The notes beneath the pieces were generated by a model. The model saw only the letters and a list, made by a program, of their open reading frames with translations. It ran no database searches and was not told the origin of the DNA. The position numbers and the translations under genes were made by a program. DNA of 64,000 bases from an uncultured Acidobacteriota bacterium (GTDB lineage: Bacteria; Acidobacteriota; Blastocatellia; RBC074), in the NCBI GenBank assembly GCA_963796275.1, contig CAWCKY010000004.1:1056001-1120000 (forward strand). The letters run 5' to 3'. Positions 25,308-35,624 of this stretch are shown piece by piece (within the stretch, counting starts at the first letter, position 1; each line of letters starts with the position of its first letter).

Positions 25308-26087
25308 ATGAAAACTGTTATTCTCTGCGGCGGACGCGGCACGCGCCTGGGCGAGCACGGTGCAGCCGTCCCGAAAGCATTGATCAAAATCGGCGAGCGT
25401 CCACTGCTCTGGCACCTGCTTAAAATCTATGCTCACCACGAGCTGAATGAATTCGTTCTTTGCCTGGGCTATCTCGGAGACGCGATAAAGCGCTATTTCC
25501 TGGAGCATCACTGGCTCTACGCCGATTTCTCGCTCAAAATGAGTAATACCGGCGATTACCTCTTGCACAAACAGGAAGCGCCGAGCGAGGATTGGAATAT
25601 CACGTTCGCGGAGACTGGGCTCAATACCAATACCGGCGGTCGCATCAAACTGATTGAGAACTACATCGGTGACGACCAGACTTTCTGCGTGACATACGGC
25701 GATGGGCTGGCGGACATCGATCTACCAGCATTGATCGAATTCCATCGAAGTCACGGAAAGCTTGCAACGCTCACCGCTGTGCATCCCCGTTCCAGCTTCG
25801 GATTGCTGAAAGTCGATGAAGATAATGCGATAACCGAATTTGTAGAGAAGCCGGTGATGAAGGAATGGATCAATGGCGGCTTTTTCGTCTTCAATCGCGG
25901 AGTGTTCAATTATCTGACCGATGACTGCGTGCTCGAACGCGAACCATTCGAACGTCTCTCACAAGCGCGCGAGCTGATGGCCTATTCTCACACCGGCTTC
26001 TGGAAATGTATGGACACTTATAAAGACAATGTCGAATTTAACCAGCTCTGGGACGCAGGTCAGGCGGAGTGGAAAGTGTGGGAATGA
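25308..26087 (+). CDS. rfbF: Glucose-1-phosphate cytidylyltransferase-like nucleotidyltransferase
   Basis: [36 protein letters not shown]. Confidence 0.88.
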   Translation: MKTVILCGGRGTRLGEHGAAVPKALIKIGERPLLWHLLKIYAHHELNEFVLCLGYLGDAIKRYFLEHHWLYADFSLKMSNTGDYLLHKQEAPSEDWNITFAETGLNTNTGGRIKLIENYIGDDQTFCVTYGDGLADIDLPALIEFHRSHGKLATLTAVHPRSSFGLLKVDEDNAITEFVEKPVMKEWINGGFFVFNRGVFNYLTDDCVLEREPFERLSQARELMAYSHTGFWKCMDTYKDNVEFNQLWDAGQAEWKVWE

Positions 26088-26092
26088 GATCG

Positions 26093-26213
26093 GTTTTCAG
26101 TTTTCAGTTTTCAGTTTTCAGTTTTCAGCATGATTAGTTTTTCAGGCGATTTCAAAAAAGACTACAACTAAAAATCTGAAATTTAAAATCTAAAATTTAA
26201 AATCTAAAATCTG
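26093..26213. repeat. Heptamer arrays (TTTTCAG)5...(AAAATCT/AAAATTT)n
   Basis: Fills the rfbF-dehydratase gap; the two arms use different heptamers. Confidence 0.85.
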
Positions 26214-26215
26214 TA

Positions 26216-27194
26216 ATGCCTTCTTTCTGGAACAACCGCACAGCTTTCATCACCGGGGCGACCGGCTTCATCGGCGCGCACGTCGCCAGAAAGCTGGTCG
26301 AAGCCGGGTCTCGCGTCGTCTGTCTGCAGCGCGACGGGGTGCGCGCCAATTCCCTCGATCTTTTCGACCTGCGCCGCCGCGTCACGGTCATCAACGGATC
26401 GGTCGAGGATTTTGCGCTGATCGAGCGCATCCTCAACGAGTATGAGGTCGAGGCAGTTTTCCATCTCGCCGCTCAGGCGATAGTTGGCGCGGCCAACCGC
26501 TCGCCCATCTCGACATTCGAAACCAACATCCGCGGCACTTACTCGCTCCTGGAGGGCTGCCGTCAAAGCCCGCTGATCAAAAGCGTCGTAGTCGCGTCGA
26601 GCGATAAGGCGTATGGGGCACAACAGAATCTGCCATACACTGAAGACTATCCGCTGCACGGGCTTTTTCCCTACGACGCATCGAAAGCCTGTACTGACAT
26701 ACTGGCGCGATCGTACGCGCACACCTACAAAACACCGGTAGTCGTCTCGCGCTTCGCTAATATTTACGGACCCGGCGATATGAACCTTTCCCGCGTCATT
26801 CCGGGGACGATCGTGTCGGTCCTACGCGACCAGCCTCCCGTCATTCGCAGCGACGGGACGCCCATCCGCGAGTTCGTTTACGTTGATGACGTGGCAAACG
26901 GCTATCTGCTGCTCGCTGAAAAAATCGATGGAGTTATTGGTGAAGCTTTCAACTTCGGCGCGGGCGAGCAAGTAACGATGCGCGATCTGGTAGAAAGAAT
27001 AATCAAACTCTCCGGCAAGAATTTGAAACCGAATGTCCTGCTTCAGAAAAAGATCGAGCGCGAAATCGACGCGCAGTACCTGTCATCCGAAAAAATAGAG
27101 AAGAGATTGGGATGGCGGGCGAAAAATGATTCTCGATGCGGGGCTGCGCTTGACGATGGAATGGTACCGCGAGCATTTACCTGAAATTTCGTAA
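26216..27194 (+). CDS. NDP-sugar 4,6-dehydratase (RfbG/GDP-mannose dehydratase-like); frameshift in A-run near 27125
   Basis: [26 protein letters not shown]; removing one A restores a typical end [22 protein letters not shown]. Confidence 0.85.
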
Positions 27195-27203
27195 GGAGGA
27201 AAA

Positions 27204-28148
27204 ATGAGCCTAACCCGCCGCAATCTACTCAAACAGAGCCTGGCCGGCGCCGCCGCGCTCTCTACCGCCACAACGCTGAAAAATACCGATGTTTTCCCGA
27301 TTCAATCGACAACCACACCGCCGCGGATACGGATCGGGGTATCGACATATTCCTACTGGCATTTTGATAAAGTGAAATATCCCATCGAGAAAGTCATCGA
27401 GAATGCGGCGCGGCTCGGGTTCGATGGCGTTGAAATCCTACATCGGCAGATGGAGAGCGAAGATCGCAAGTACGTGAACAGTCTCAAGCGAATGGCTTTC
27501 TCACTCGGTCTCGATCTGTTTTTTCTCTCAATTCATCAAAACTTCGTATCGCCGGACCCGGCCAAAAGGCAACAGCACATCGATCACACGAAACGCTGCA
27601 TCGATCTGGCTCAGCAACTGGGATGCCCGGCAATCCGGTTGAATTCAGGCCGATGGGGAACTATCCCCGAATTTCAGAAGATGCTCGACGCGGGGGGTAA
27701 AGAAGCCCCGATAGAGGGTTACACCGATGACGATGCGTTTAAATGGTGCATCGAATCGATCAACGATTGCATTCCTCACGCCGAACAGGCGGGCGTCATT
27801 ATGGCACTCGAAAATCACTGGGGATTGACGACTTCGGTCGATGGATTGCTGCGAATCTTCAAGGGCGTCAATTCGCCCTGGCTGTGCATCAACCTCGACA
27901 CCGGAAATTTCGTAGGCGATCCGTACCCACAACTCGAAAAACTAGCCCCTCACGCCATCGTAGTGCAGGCGAAGACTTATTATGGGGGTGGCGTGTATTA
28001 CACGCGTGAGCTCGACTATAGCCGAATCGCCAAAATATTGCGCAATGCGAATTTCAAGGGATATGTCTCGCTCGAGATGGAGGGGAAAGAGTCGGCGGAT
28101 GAAGCCGTCTCTAAGAGTCTGAAGGTGTTGCGTGAAGCCTTTGCGTGA
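27204..28148 (+). CDS. Tat-exported sugar phosphate isomerase/epimerase (xylose isomerase-like TIM barrel)
   Basis: TRRNLLK Tat motif; GFDGVEI, ALENHWG, NLDTGNF, SLEMEG. Confidence 0.88.
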   Translation: MSLTRRNLLKQSLAGAAALSTATTLKNTDVFPIQSTTTPPRIRIGVSTYSYWHFDKVKYPIEKVIENAARLGFDGVEILHRQMESEDRKYVNSLKRMAFSLGLDLFFLSIHQNFVSPDPAKRQQHIDHTKRCIDLAQQLGCPAIRLNSGRWGTIPEFQKMLDAGGKEAPIEGYTDDDAFKWCIESINDCIPHAEQAGVIMALENHWGLTTSVDGLLRIFKGVNSPWLCINLDTGNFVGDPYPQLEKLAPHAIVVQAKTYYGGGVYYTRELDYSRIAKILRNANFKGYVSLEMEGKESADEAVSKSLKVLREAFA

Positions 28149-28818
28149 TCGTTCGGTAGCCGGTCTTCTCTCCCAAATAGCTGTATATCATCCCAGCTAT
28201 CAAGTCATAGAGGAAATGCAGAAACATCGCCGGAATTAGAGAACCGGTGAACCAGACTATGACATGAAATGCGATCGCGAAGCCGAAGATCGCGGTTATG
28301 CTGGCCCAGCCCTGCATGTAATGGCTGACGGCGAAGATGATCGAGGCGATCAATGCCGCTACCCATAATGATCCCGTCAATTGCGTTAACAAGACCCACA
28401 TCACACCGCGATATGTGATCTCTTCGCCGATCCCTGCCGCCACCGAGATGAAGACCCAGAGCGATTTCTCGGCCGCATCGCCGGGCATAAAGAGATATAC
28501 CATCGGTTCACGATTATCGACATTGCGCCTCCAACGCGGGAGCATCAACGCGATAGCCGCGGTGAAGACGATTGCGACGATAGCGCTCGATTGAATGGGT
28601 TGCTGCGGCAGTTCGAGCAGAGGAATTTTTTCAAGCCGGGCCACCGCCACGGTCGCACCGATAAAGAAAAGATGTTGCAACAGTACGCCGATGTAAAATC
28701 TGCGGCGCGGCGGGTAAGGAAATAAGTAGAGTTTTGCGGCGGATCGGTAAGCCGCCCAGGGGAGCACCAACCCGAATAAGATCAAATGGCAGTAGCCCGC
28801 TGCACCAATCGTCTGCAT
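28111..28818 (-). CDS. CPBP (CAAX/Abi) intramembrane metalloprotease
   Basis: [18 protein letters not shown] motifs; TM helices. Confidence 0.85.
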   Translation of the reverse strand: MQTIGAAGYCHLILFGLVLPWAAYRSAAKLYLFPYPPRRRFYIGVLLQHLFFIGATVAVARLEKIPLLELPQQPIQSSAIVAIVFTAAIALMLPRWRRNVDNREPMVYLFMPGDAAEKSLWVFISVAAGIGEEITYRGVMWVLLTQLTGSLWVAALIASIIFAVSHYMQGWASITAIFGFAIAFHVIVWFTGSLIPAMFLHFLYDLIAGMIYSYLGEKTGYRTITQRLHATPSDS

Positions 28819-28877
28819 CGCCAGCAGAGTTTAGGTGTGAGAACCCGATCTTTCAAGCCTACCGCTGGATAAGAAGA

Positions 28878-29002
28878 GATTCACCACAAAAAAACAAAAA
28901 AGACAAAGAGCACAAAGTAGGAAGAGAAGTCCCTTTTGTGTCGGCCATCGCCACCACCCCGCACATTTTCCTTTTGTACTTTTGTGTTCTTTGGAGTGAA
29001 TC
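28878..29002. repeat. 9-mer-type inverted repeat element
   Basis: ATTCACCACAAA..ACAAAAA..GCACAAAG / TTTTGTACTTTTGTGTTCTTTGGAGTGAAT. Confidence 0.7.
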
Positions 29003-29009
29003 CCTCCTA

Positions 29010-29774
29010 GCACCGAAAGTCATAATCATCAACGAAACGCTGGCCCGACGCTTCTTTGCCGGCGAGAACCCGATCGGTCACCGGTTGTTCTCTGAACCAA
29101 ACAAGATGACGATTGTCGGAGTGGCAGGCGACACGAGTAATCGCGGTTTAGACCAGGAGGTTCAGCCTGAGGTTTATACTCCGTACGTGCAAGATCTGAA
29201 GGAGATAGGAGGCTTGCGCCTGGTGGTGCGAGCCTCCTTCGATCAAAACAATCCGACCAGTACCTCCGTTTTATCAAACCTGCCTACATCCATACGCAAT
29301 CAAGTGCGAGCAATCGAGCCAAACGAGGCGGTCAATCAGGTCGTCAGAATGGATGAACTACTGTCGAATTCGGTGGCGTGGCGGCGCTTCCAGATGCTCT
29401 TGCTCGGCGTCTTCGCCGCAGTCGCGCTCGTCATCGCAACGGTGGGAATTTACGGCGTCATCTCGTATGCCGTCAGCCAACAAAAGCATGAGATCGGCAT
29501 CCGGATGGCACTGGGCGCGCAGGCGAGCGATGTGTTGCGGATGGTGATCTGGAGAGGAATGAGCCTGGCGCTGATCGGCGTGGCGCTGGGCTTGGCGGCA
29601 GCATTCGCGCTCACGCGCGTCATGAAGAATCTGCTCTTCGAAGTGAGCCCTACCGATCCGATGACCTTCATGCTCATCGCGTTGCTGCTGATCGTCGTCG
29701 CGCTGATCGCCAGCTACATCCCGGCGCGGCGCGCAACCAAGGTCGATCCACTCCAGGCTCTGCGCCACGAATGA
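29010..29774 (+). pseudogene. 3' fragment of an ADOP/MacB-type ABC permease
   Basis: Begins at [16 protein letters not shown] with no start or RBS; [10 protein letters not shown] and [18 protein letters not shown]; about 255 aa vs 803 aa for the paralog at 39185-41596. Confidence 0.8.
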
Positions 29775-29947
29775 GACGGCTCTATTTTCATTTTCATCCG
29801 TGAAGTCCCCTCACTTGGCCTCTCAAGAACTGCTGTATAAACAGACCGACCTCAGATATATTTTGAATCGTCGCATTATTACGGACTCGTCAGATCGGTC
29901 CCGGCGATCTGACGAAACCGCAGTTCTCAACTTACAGATAATTCTTA

Positions 29948-31390
29948 ATGGAGATTCTTGTGCCGGAAGAGAAAAGTTTTCACATGCCGATCGATGAGTT
30001 TCGCCGTAATGGCCATGCCGTGGTGGACTGGATCGCCGATTATTTTGAGCGCATCGAATCGCTGCCCGTGCTTTCACAAGTAAAACCAGGTCAGGTTCGC
30101 GCATCGCTCACCAACGATCCTCCCGTTACGGGCGAGCGATTCGAAGACATCCTGGACGATTTTGACAAGCTCATCCTGCCCGGCATCACGCACTGGCAGT
30201 CCCCGAGTTTTTATGCCTATTTCCCCACCGGAGTCTCCGGCCCATCTATCCTCGGAGAGTTGCTCTCCGCGGGTCTGGGAGTGCAGGGAATGCTGTGGGC
30301 CACCAGCCCCGCTTGCACCGAACTGGAGACGCACGTCCTGGATTGGCTGGTGGAGATGCTCGCGCTGCCTCAGAAGTTTCTCTCCACGGGCGCCGGCGGA
30401 GGCGTGATTCAGGATACGGCTTCGAACGCCTCTCTATGCGCCCTCCTGGCCGCACGCGAGCGCGCGACCGACTTCGCCAGCAATCAGCGCGGGTGCGACG
30501 GGAAGCTCGTCGCTTACACCTCTTCACAGGCCCATTCTTCATTGGAGAAAGCCGCACAGATCGCAGGTATCGGCCGGCAAAATCTGCGAGTGATCGAGGT
30601 CGACGAGAAGTTCGCCATGCGTACTGACGCGCTCGCCCATCGAATTGAGCACGATCGCCGTGCGGGGCTGATCCCGTTCTTCGTTTCCGCCACCGTTGGA
30701 ACGACCTCTTCCAATGCTATTGATCCGTTGGCCGAAATCGGCCGCATGTGCCGCGAACAGAATCTATGGCTGCACGTGGATGCGGCCATGTCCGGGACGG
30801 CTGCGCTCTGCCCCGAATTCCGTTATATCCACGACGGCCTGGAATTCGCCGACAGTTATTGCTTCAACCCGCACAAGTGGATGTTCACGAACTTCGATTG
30901 CGATTGCTTCTATGTGGCTGATCGAAAGGCGCTGATACAGACTTTGAGCGTACTTCCGGAATTTCTTCGTAATCGGGCTACCGAATCGGGTGCGGTCATC
31001 GATTATCGCGACTGGCAGATTCCGCTCGGCCGGCGCTTCCGTGCGCTCAAGCTGTGGTTCGTGATTCGTCACTACGGCGTTGAAGGATTGCAACATCACA
31101 TACGCCGCCACATCGAACTGGCGCAGCAATTTGCCGCCTGGGTCAAGGAGGACGGCCGTTTCGAGATGGCCGCCCCCGCGCCCTTGAACCTGGTGTGCTT
31201 CCGCCTTAAGGGCGGAGATGAGATCAATCAGGCCCTGATGGAGAAACTGAACGCCAGCGGCGATCTCTATCTGACGCACACTCGTTTGGACGACCGCTTT
31301 ACTCTGCGCCTGTGTGTGGGCCAGGCTAATACCGAAGCACGCCATGTGCGACAAGCCTGGGATAAGATCCGAGCGACAGTTTCAAGCTAA
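29948..31390 (+). CDS. Aromatic-L-amino-acid (group II PLP) decarboxylase
   Basis: THWQSPSFYAYFP, SPACTELE, AHSSLEKA, HVDAA, NPHKW, GRRFRALKLW. Confidence 0.92.
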   Translation: MEILVPEEKSFHMPIDEFRRNGHAVVDWIADYFERIESLPVLSQVKPGQVRASLTNDPPVTGERFEDILDDFDKLILPGITHWQSPSFYAYFPTGVSGPSILGELLSAGLGVQGMLWATSPACTELETHVLDWLVEMLALPQKFLSTGAGGGVIQDTASNASLCALLAARERATDFASNQRGCDGKLVAYTSSQAHSSLEKAAQIAGIGRQNLRVIEVDEKFAMRTDALAHRIEHDRRAGLIPFFVSATVGTTSSNAIDPLAEIGRMCREQNLWLHVDAAMSGTAALCPEFRYIHDGLEFADSYCFNPHKWMFTNFDCDCFYVADRKALIQTLSVLPEFLRNRATESGAVIDYRDWQIPLGRRFRALKLWFVIRHYGVEGLQHHIRRHIELAQQFAAWVKEDGRFEMAAPAPLNLVCFRLKGGDEINQALMEKLNASGDLYLTHTRLDDRFTLRLCVGQANTEARHVRQAWDKIRATVSS

Positions 31391-32685
31391 TCATTAATTG
31401 CCTGGTATGCCAGTTGTTTGAATTCGCTCCCATAAGTGAGCCCGGTATGGGGCAGAATTTGAACCATAAAAATACCGATCATCTCTTCTTTGGGATCTAT
31501 CCAGAAACGCGTGCCCGCCGCCCCGCCCCAGTTGTATTCGCCTTGCGAACCGATCGCGCCGGTCTTTCCGACACCTCGGTTGACGGCGAAGGTGAGGCCG
31601 AACCCGTAGCCCCGCTGCAAAAGAGGCGTGGCGATCGGAATATCTCCCAGATGATCGGCGCTCATCAACTCGACGGTCTTACGGCTCAGGATTCGCATGT
31701 CGTCGAGTTCGCCCCCATTGACCAGCATCTGGCAGAACCGGGCGTAATCCATCGTGGTAGAGACCAAGCCTCCGCCGCCTGACAGTAATTTACGAGGTTT
31801 CTTGTAGCTCTCCTGCGGCGGCCCGGCGTGGCGTTTGATCGTCCTATCTTCGTTAGGGGTATAGAGCGTGACCAGCCGATCCCATTTCTCTTGCGGCACG
31901 AAGAACCCCGAATCGATCATCCCCAGAGGTTTGAAGATTCGATCAGCGAAGAATTGATCGAGCGTCTTGCCGGAAACGACCTCGATCAACCGACCGAGCA
32001 CATCCTGCGATATGCTGTAATCCCACACCGTGCCCGGTTGGTGAACGAGCGGAACTTTGGCGGCGCGTTTGACGGCCGCTTCGATCGTTATCTCGGGATC
32101 CATTACGCCCGCTTTGGCAAACATAAACTCGCCCTTTTCATCGCGCGGCCCGGAGTAGTTCATTCCCGATGTGTGACGCAATAGATCGCGGATCGTAATT
32201 TCGCGCTCCGCGGGCACGGTATAAACGGTGCGTCTGCCCGTTCCCGCGTCGGTCTTCTCGACAGCTACTTGCATCTTGCCGAGTTCGGGTACGAATTTCG
32301 AGACAGGGTCGTTGAGGGAGAACTTGCCCTCTTCGTAAAGAATCATGGTCGCTACTCCGGTGACGGCTTTGGTCATCGAGTAGATGCGAAAGATCGCGTC
32401 TTTGCGCATCGGTTTGGAGGATTCTTTGTCCATCATTCCCCACGTTTCGAAATAACCGAGCTTTCCGCGCCGCGCGATCATGCCGATCGCGCCAGCGATC
32501 CGGTTTTCCGCGATATGTTTTTGCATCACCGCTCCGATACGGTCGAGGCGCTCTTTCGACAGCCCGGCCTCTGCGGGAGTAGCCGGCGTCAATCCCTTGC
32601 CGTTGGGATTGTCCGACGTTACGCCAACCGCAGGAGTCAGCAAGAGCGCGAAACAGGTCAACAGGTATATGATCGTACGGGTCAT
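31387..32685 (-). CDS. Serine hydrolase, beta-lactamase/EstB family, exported
   Basis: FRIYSMTK (SxxK), LLRHTSG, WDYS, WGGAAGT. Confidence 0.9.
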   Translation of the reverse strand: MTRTIIYLLTCFALLLTPAVGVTSDNPNGKGLTPATPAEAGLSKERLDRIGAVMQKHIAENRIAGAIGMIARRGKLGYFETWGMMDKESSKPMRKDAIFRIYSMTKAVTGVATMILYEEGKFSLNDPVSKFVPELGKMQVAVEKTDAGTGRRTVYTVPAEREITIRDLLRHTSGMNYSGPRDEKGEFMFAKAGVMDPEITIEAAVKRAAKVPLVHQPGTVWDYSISQDVLGRLIEVVSGKTLDQFFADRIFKPLGMIDSGFFVPQEKWDRLVTLYTPNEDRTIKRHAGPPQESYKKPRKLLSGGGGLVSTTMDYARFCQMLVNGGELDDMRILSRKTVELMSADHLGDIPIATPLLQRGYGFGLTFAVNRGVGKTGAIGSQGEYNWGGAAGTRFWIDPKEEMIGIFMVQILPHTGLTYGSEFKQLAYQAIND

Positions 32686-32767
32686 CGTTATCTCCTTTTT
32701 TTATTTTTAAATCCTCGTTTCTTCTCAGACCCGATGATGGACGTTGAAAAATAGATGAAACTTCTCA

Positions 32768-32936
32768 AAGTCCCAACGACGTCAGTCGGAGGATCGATAA
32801 GGTCCAGCCTTCAATGTCTCACAGGTTGGACTTTAAATATCCACCGACTGCCGTCGGTGGGATTTGGTGAAAACTAAACCGGCTTGCGTATGGGTTGAGA
32901 CTTAACCATCCACCGACACTGCAGTCGGTGGGATTA
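32768..32936. repeat. REP-like cluster of three CCACCGAC..GTCGGTGG hairpins
   Basis: ATCCACCGACTGCCGTCGGTGGGATT plus two degenerate copies, one inverted; inner IR GTCCAGCCT/AGGTTGGAC. Confidence 0.7.
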
Positions 32937-33046
32937 AGGAGGCAGCTATTTTCAAAGACCATCACCAAGTTTAGAAGTTACCGATCTCACGGATTTGGGT
33001 GTACGATTTCGCGAGGCCTGACAACTAGAAACCCTTACTCCCCTCT

Positions 33047-34816
33047 TCATTTCTGCTTTTCCTCTTTAAACATTTTTCCCAGATCGGGGTTTCGCTCGAT
33101 GAGGGACTCGCGAAAAATAGCGGTGTAGACGGCGAGCTTGTTGCTCGGCGCGGTGCAAAGGGCGGCTATTTCACGAGCCAGACGGTAATGATGAAGTTTA
33201 GCCGCCCCTATCGCAATTGCGGCTAATCGTGTTGATTTCTCTGAACCCCAGGCGATCTGCTGGGCAGCGATTTGCGCTTCATTGAGAGTGCTTTTAGCTT
33301 TACCCGCCTCGCGATTTCTTGTCATCGCCTCAGCGACGCTGACCATAGCCTGAGAGCGATAGCCTGCATCATCGATCTTCTGGGCCGATGCGAGCGCCTC
33401 GTCCGTCCTGCCGGCAGTTGTCAGCGCTTCGACCAGGTTGGCCATCACCCGAGAGCGATAGTATGCATTATCGATCTGGCGGGCCGATACGAGCCCCTCA
33501 TTGGCAACCTGCAGCGCCTCTTCCGTATTGCCGGCCTTCTCCAGCGCTTTGACGATGCCAGCCATAAGCATAGAACGAGAGTATTCATCCTCTATCTTGC
33601 GGGCCGATTCGAGCGCCCCTCCCGACTTACCTGCCTCCCCCAAGGCCTCGACAATACCAACCATATGTACAGAACGAAGGTACGCATCATCAATTTTACC
33701 GGCTGATTCGAGGGCCTCGTTGGCTGCCTGCCGCGCTTCGTCCGTCCTTCCGGCCTTCCCCAACGCTCCGACGATGCTGGCCATCGCCCAGGAGCGGGGG
33801 GAATCATCCTCGATCTTGCGGGTCGATTCGAGCGCCTCGTGGGCAACCTGCAGCGCCTCTTCCGGCTTGCCAGCCTTCACCAGCGCTTCCACGATGCCAG
33901 CCATGAGCGTAGAGCGAGAGTATTCATCCTCGATAAGGCGAGCCGATGCGAGCGCCTCGCCGATCTTGCCGGCCTTGGTCAGCGCTTCGATGACGTTGAC
34001 CATCGCCAGAAAGCGATAGGCCTCATCCTGGATCTGACGGGCTGATTCGAGCGCTTCACCGGTAACCTGCTGCGCCTCATCCGTCTTGCCGATCTTCTCC
34101 AGCACTTCGACGATGCTGACCATCACCCGGGAGCGGAGGTCGGCATCGGAAATTTTGCGGCTCGATTCGAGCGCTTCGTGGGCGATCGGTAGCGCCTCGT
34201 CTGTCTTGCCGGCCCTCCCCATCGCTTCGACGATTCTGGCCATCACCCGAACGCGGAGGTCTTCATACACGATCTCGCGGGCCGATTCGAGAGCCTTTTC
34301 GACAGCCAGCTGCCACCGTTCCGTCTGGCCGAGCCTCGTCAGAGCTTCGACGATGCTGACCATCACACGAGAGCGGGGGATTGCATCGACTATCTTGCGG
34401 GTCGATTCGAGCGCCTCGTGGGCAGCCTGCAGCGCCTCGTCCGACTTGCCGTCCCTCTCCAACGCTTCGGCGATGTTTACTAATCCCCGGGAACGGTATT
34501 CTGCATTTCCGATCTTGCGGGCCGATTCGAGCGCCTCATTCGACTTTCCAAGTATGACCAGTGTCCGTAACCAGGTTTCTACAATTTCGAATCCTTCTCC
34601 CTCTTTCTCAATAGCTATCAACTTCACCAACTGTGAGGACTCGAAAAGGACCTTATCGATTTGTGATTCAATCCTGTTATCCCAGAGATCCCAACCGATC
34701 GCCGCCAGCACGGCGATGATCGCTAATATCGCGTTAGTCAACATCGGACCGCGCCGTTTTCCGGCGGTCAGCTCACGATTTTGAAAAATTTCTGGCTTCT
34801 CCGGATTCATAGCCAT
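33047..34816 (-). CDS. Membrane-anchored alpha-helical (TPR-like) repeat protein; start uncertain
   Basis: One TM segment, then about 12 repeats of 40 or 33 aa, consensus ALESARKIxDxxxRSxxMxxIVEALxKAGKxDE. Confidence 0.75.
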   Translation of the reverse strand: MAMNPEKPEIFQNRELTAGKRRGPMLTNAILAIIAVLAAIGWDLWDNRIESQIDKVLFESSQLVKLIAIEKEGEGFEIVETWLRTLVILGKSNEALESARKIGNAEYRSRGLVNIAEALERDGKSDEALQAAHEALESTRKIVDAIPRSRVMVSIVEALTRLGQTERWQLAVEKALESAREIVYEDLRVRVMARIVEAMGRAGKTDEALPIAHEALESSRKISDADLRSRVMVSIVEVLEKIGKTDEAQQVTGEALESARQIQDEAYRFLAMVNVIEALTKAGKIGEALASARLIEDEYSRSTLMAGIVEALVKAGKPEEALQVAHEALESTRKIEDDSPRSWAMASIVGALGKAGRTDEARQAANEALESAGKIDDAYLRSVHMVGIVEALGEAGKSGGALESARKIEDEYSRSMLMAGIVKALEKAGNTEEALQVANEGLVSARQIDNAYYRSRVMANLVEALTTAGRTDEALASAQKIDDAGYRSQAMVSVAEAMTRNREAGKAKSTLNEAQIAAQQIAWGSEKSTRLAAIAIGAAKLHHYRLAREIAALCTAPSNKLAVYTAIFRESLIERNPDLGKMFKEEKQK

Positions 34817-35017
34817 ATCGGAATCTGCAAGGAATATCGGCGTGCGGTACAACGTGGGGATTATAAGCCCTCGCTGTTCTTTCGCCTCAGCCAAAAATAC
34901 AATTTCAAAAGATCGACAATTTTTTCCAAGCCGACTAACATACACTCGGCGGCGGCGCGGTTATCGAATTCCAGATCGCAGGGGCCGCCATTAATTGATT
35001 TCCGGAGGATTCACAAG

Positions 35018-35602
35018 ATGAAGATTTCTGTAATGCTTTCTCTGATCTGGCTCTTGCTGCCAGTCGTGGCCTTTGCCCAGACGACTGCATCAGCGGAAGA
35101 TCAGATTGCGTCCGCCATCCTCGCAGCTCCCGAAGAGCGGCGAGAGGGTGCAACTGTCCTGGGCTATGATGCGCAAGGCAAAATTGTGACGCTGCGCAAG
35201 GGCAGCAACGATCTGATCTGCCTCTCGGACAAGCCCACCGACAATAAGTTCAGCGTTGCCTGCTACCACAAGGACCTCGAACCCTTTATGGCTAGAGGCC
35301 GCGAGCTTGAAGCCCAGGGAATTTCCGGCAATGAGCGGAACGAGAAACACCGATGGAAGGAGATCAAGGAGGGAAAACTTCCGATGCCGCGCGAACCTCG
35401 GATGCTCTATGTGCTCTCCGGCAAAGGCTACGATGCTGCAAGCGGCCAAGTAACCAATGGTTCTTTACGCTGGGTGATCTACTTGCCCTTTGCAACAGGA
35501 GAATCCACCGGATTGTCGACCAAGTCGAAGCGAGGCGAGCCGTGGCTGATGGATGCCGGGACGGCTGGCGCTCACATCATGATCACACCCCCAGGTAAAT
35601 GA
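35018..35602 (+). CDS. Hypothetical exported protein
   Basis: GGAGG RBS, signal peptide MKISVMLSLIWLLLPVVAFA; Cys pair; PWLMDAGTAGAHIMI end. Confidence 0.75.
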   Translation: MKISVMLSLIWLLLPVVAFAQTTASAEDQIASAILAAPEERREGATVLGYDAQGKIVTLRKGSNDLICLSDKPTDNKFSVACYHKDLEPFMARGRELEAQGISGNERNEKHRWKEIKEGKLPMPREPRMLYVLSGKGYDAASGQVTNGSLRWVIYLPFATGESTGLSTKSKRGEPWLMDAGTAGAHIMITPPGK

Positions 35603-35624
35603 ATCTCACTCGAATCTCGCTCGT

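Noticed and set aside
28734-29009. N-terminal part of the 346-aa ORF
   Set aside because: Reads through the CPBP gene antisense and the 9-mer repeat; not permease-like
33047-34816. Diversity-generating retroelement target or TALE-like DNA binder
   Set aside because: No reverse transcriptase or template repeat in the window; the repeats are TPR-like and follow a TM segment
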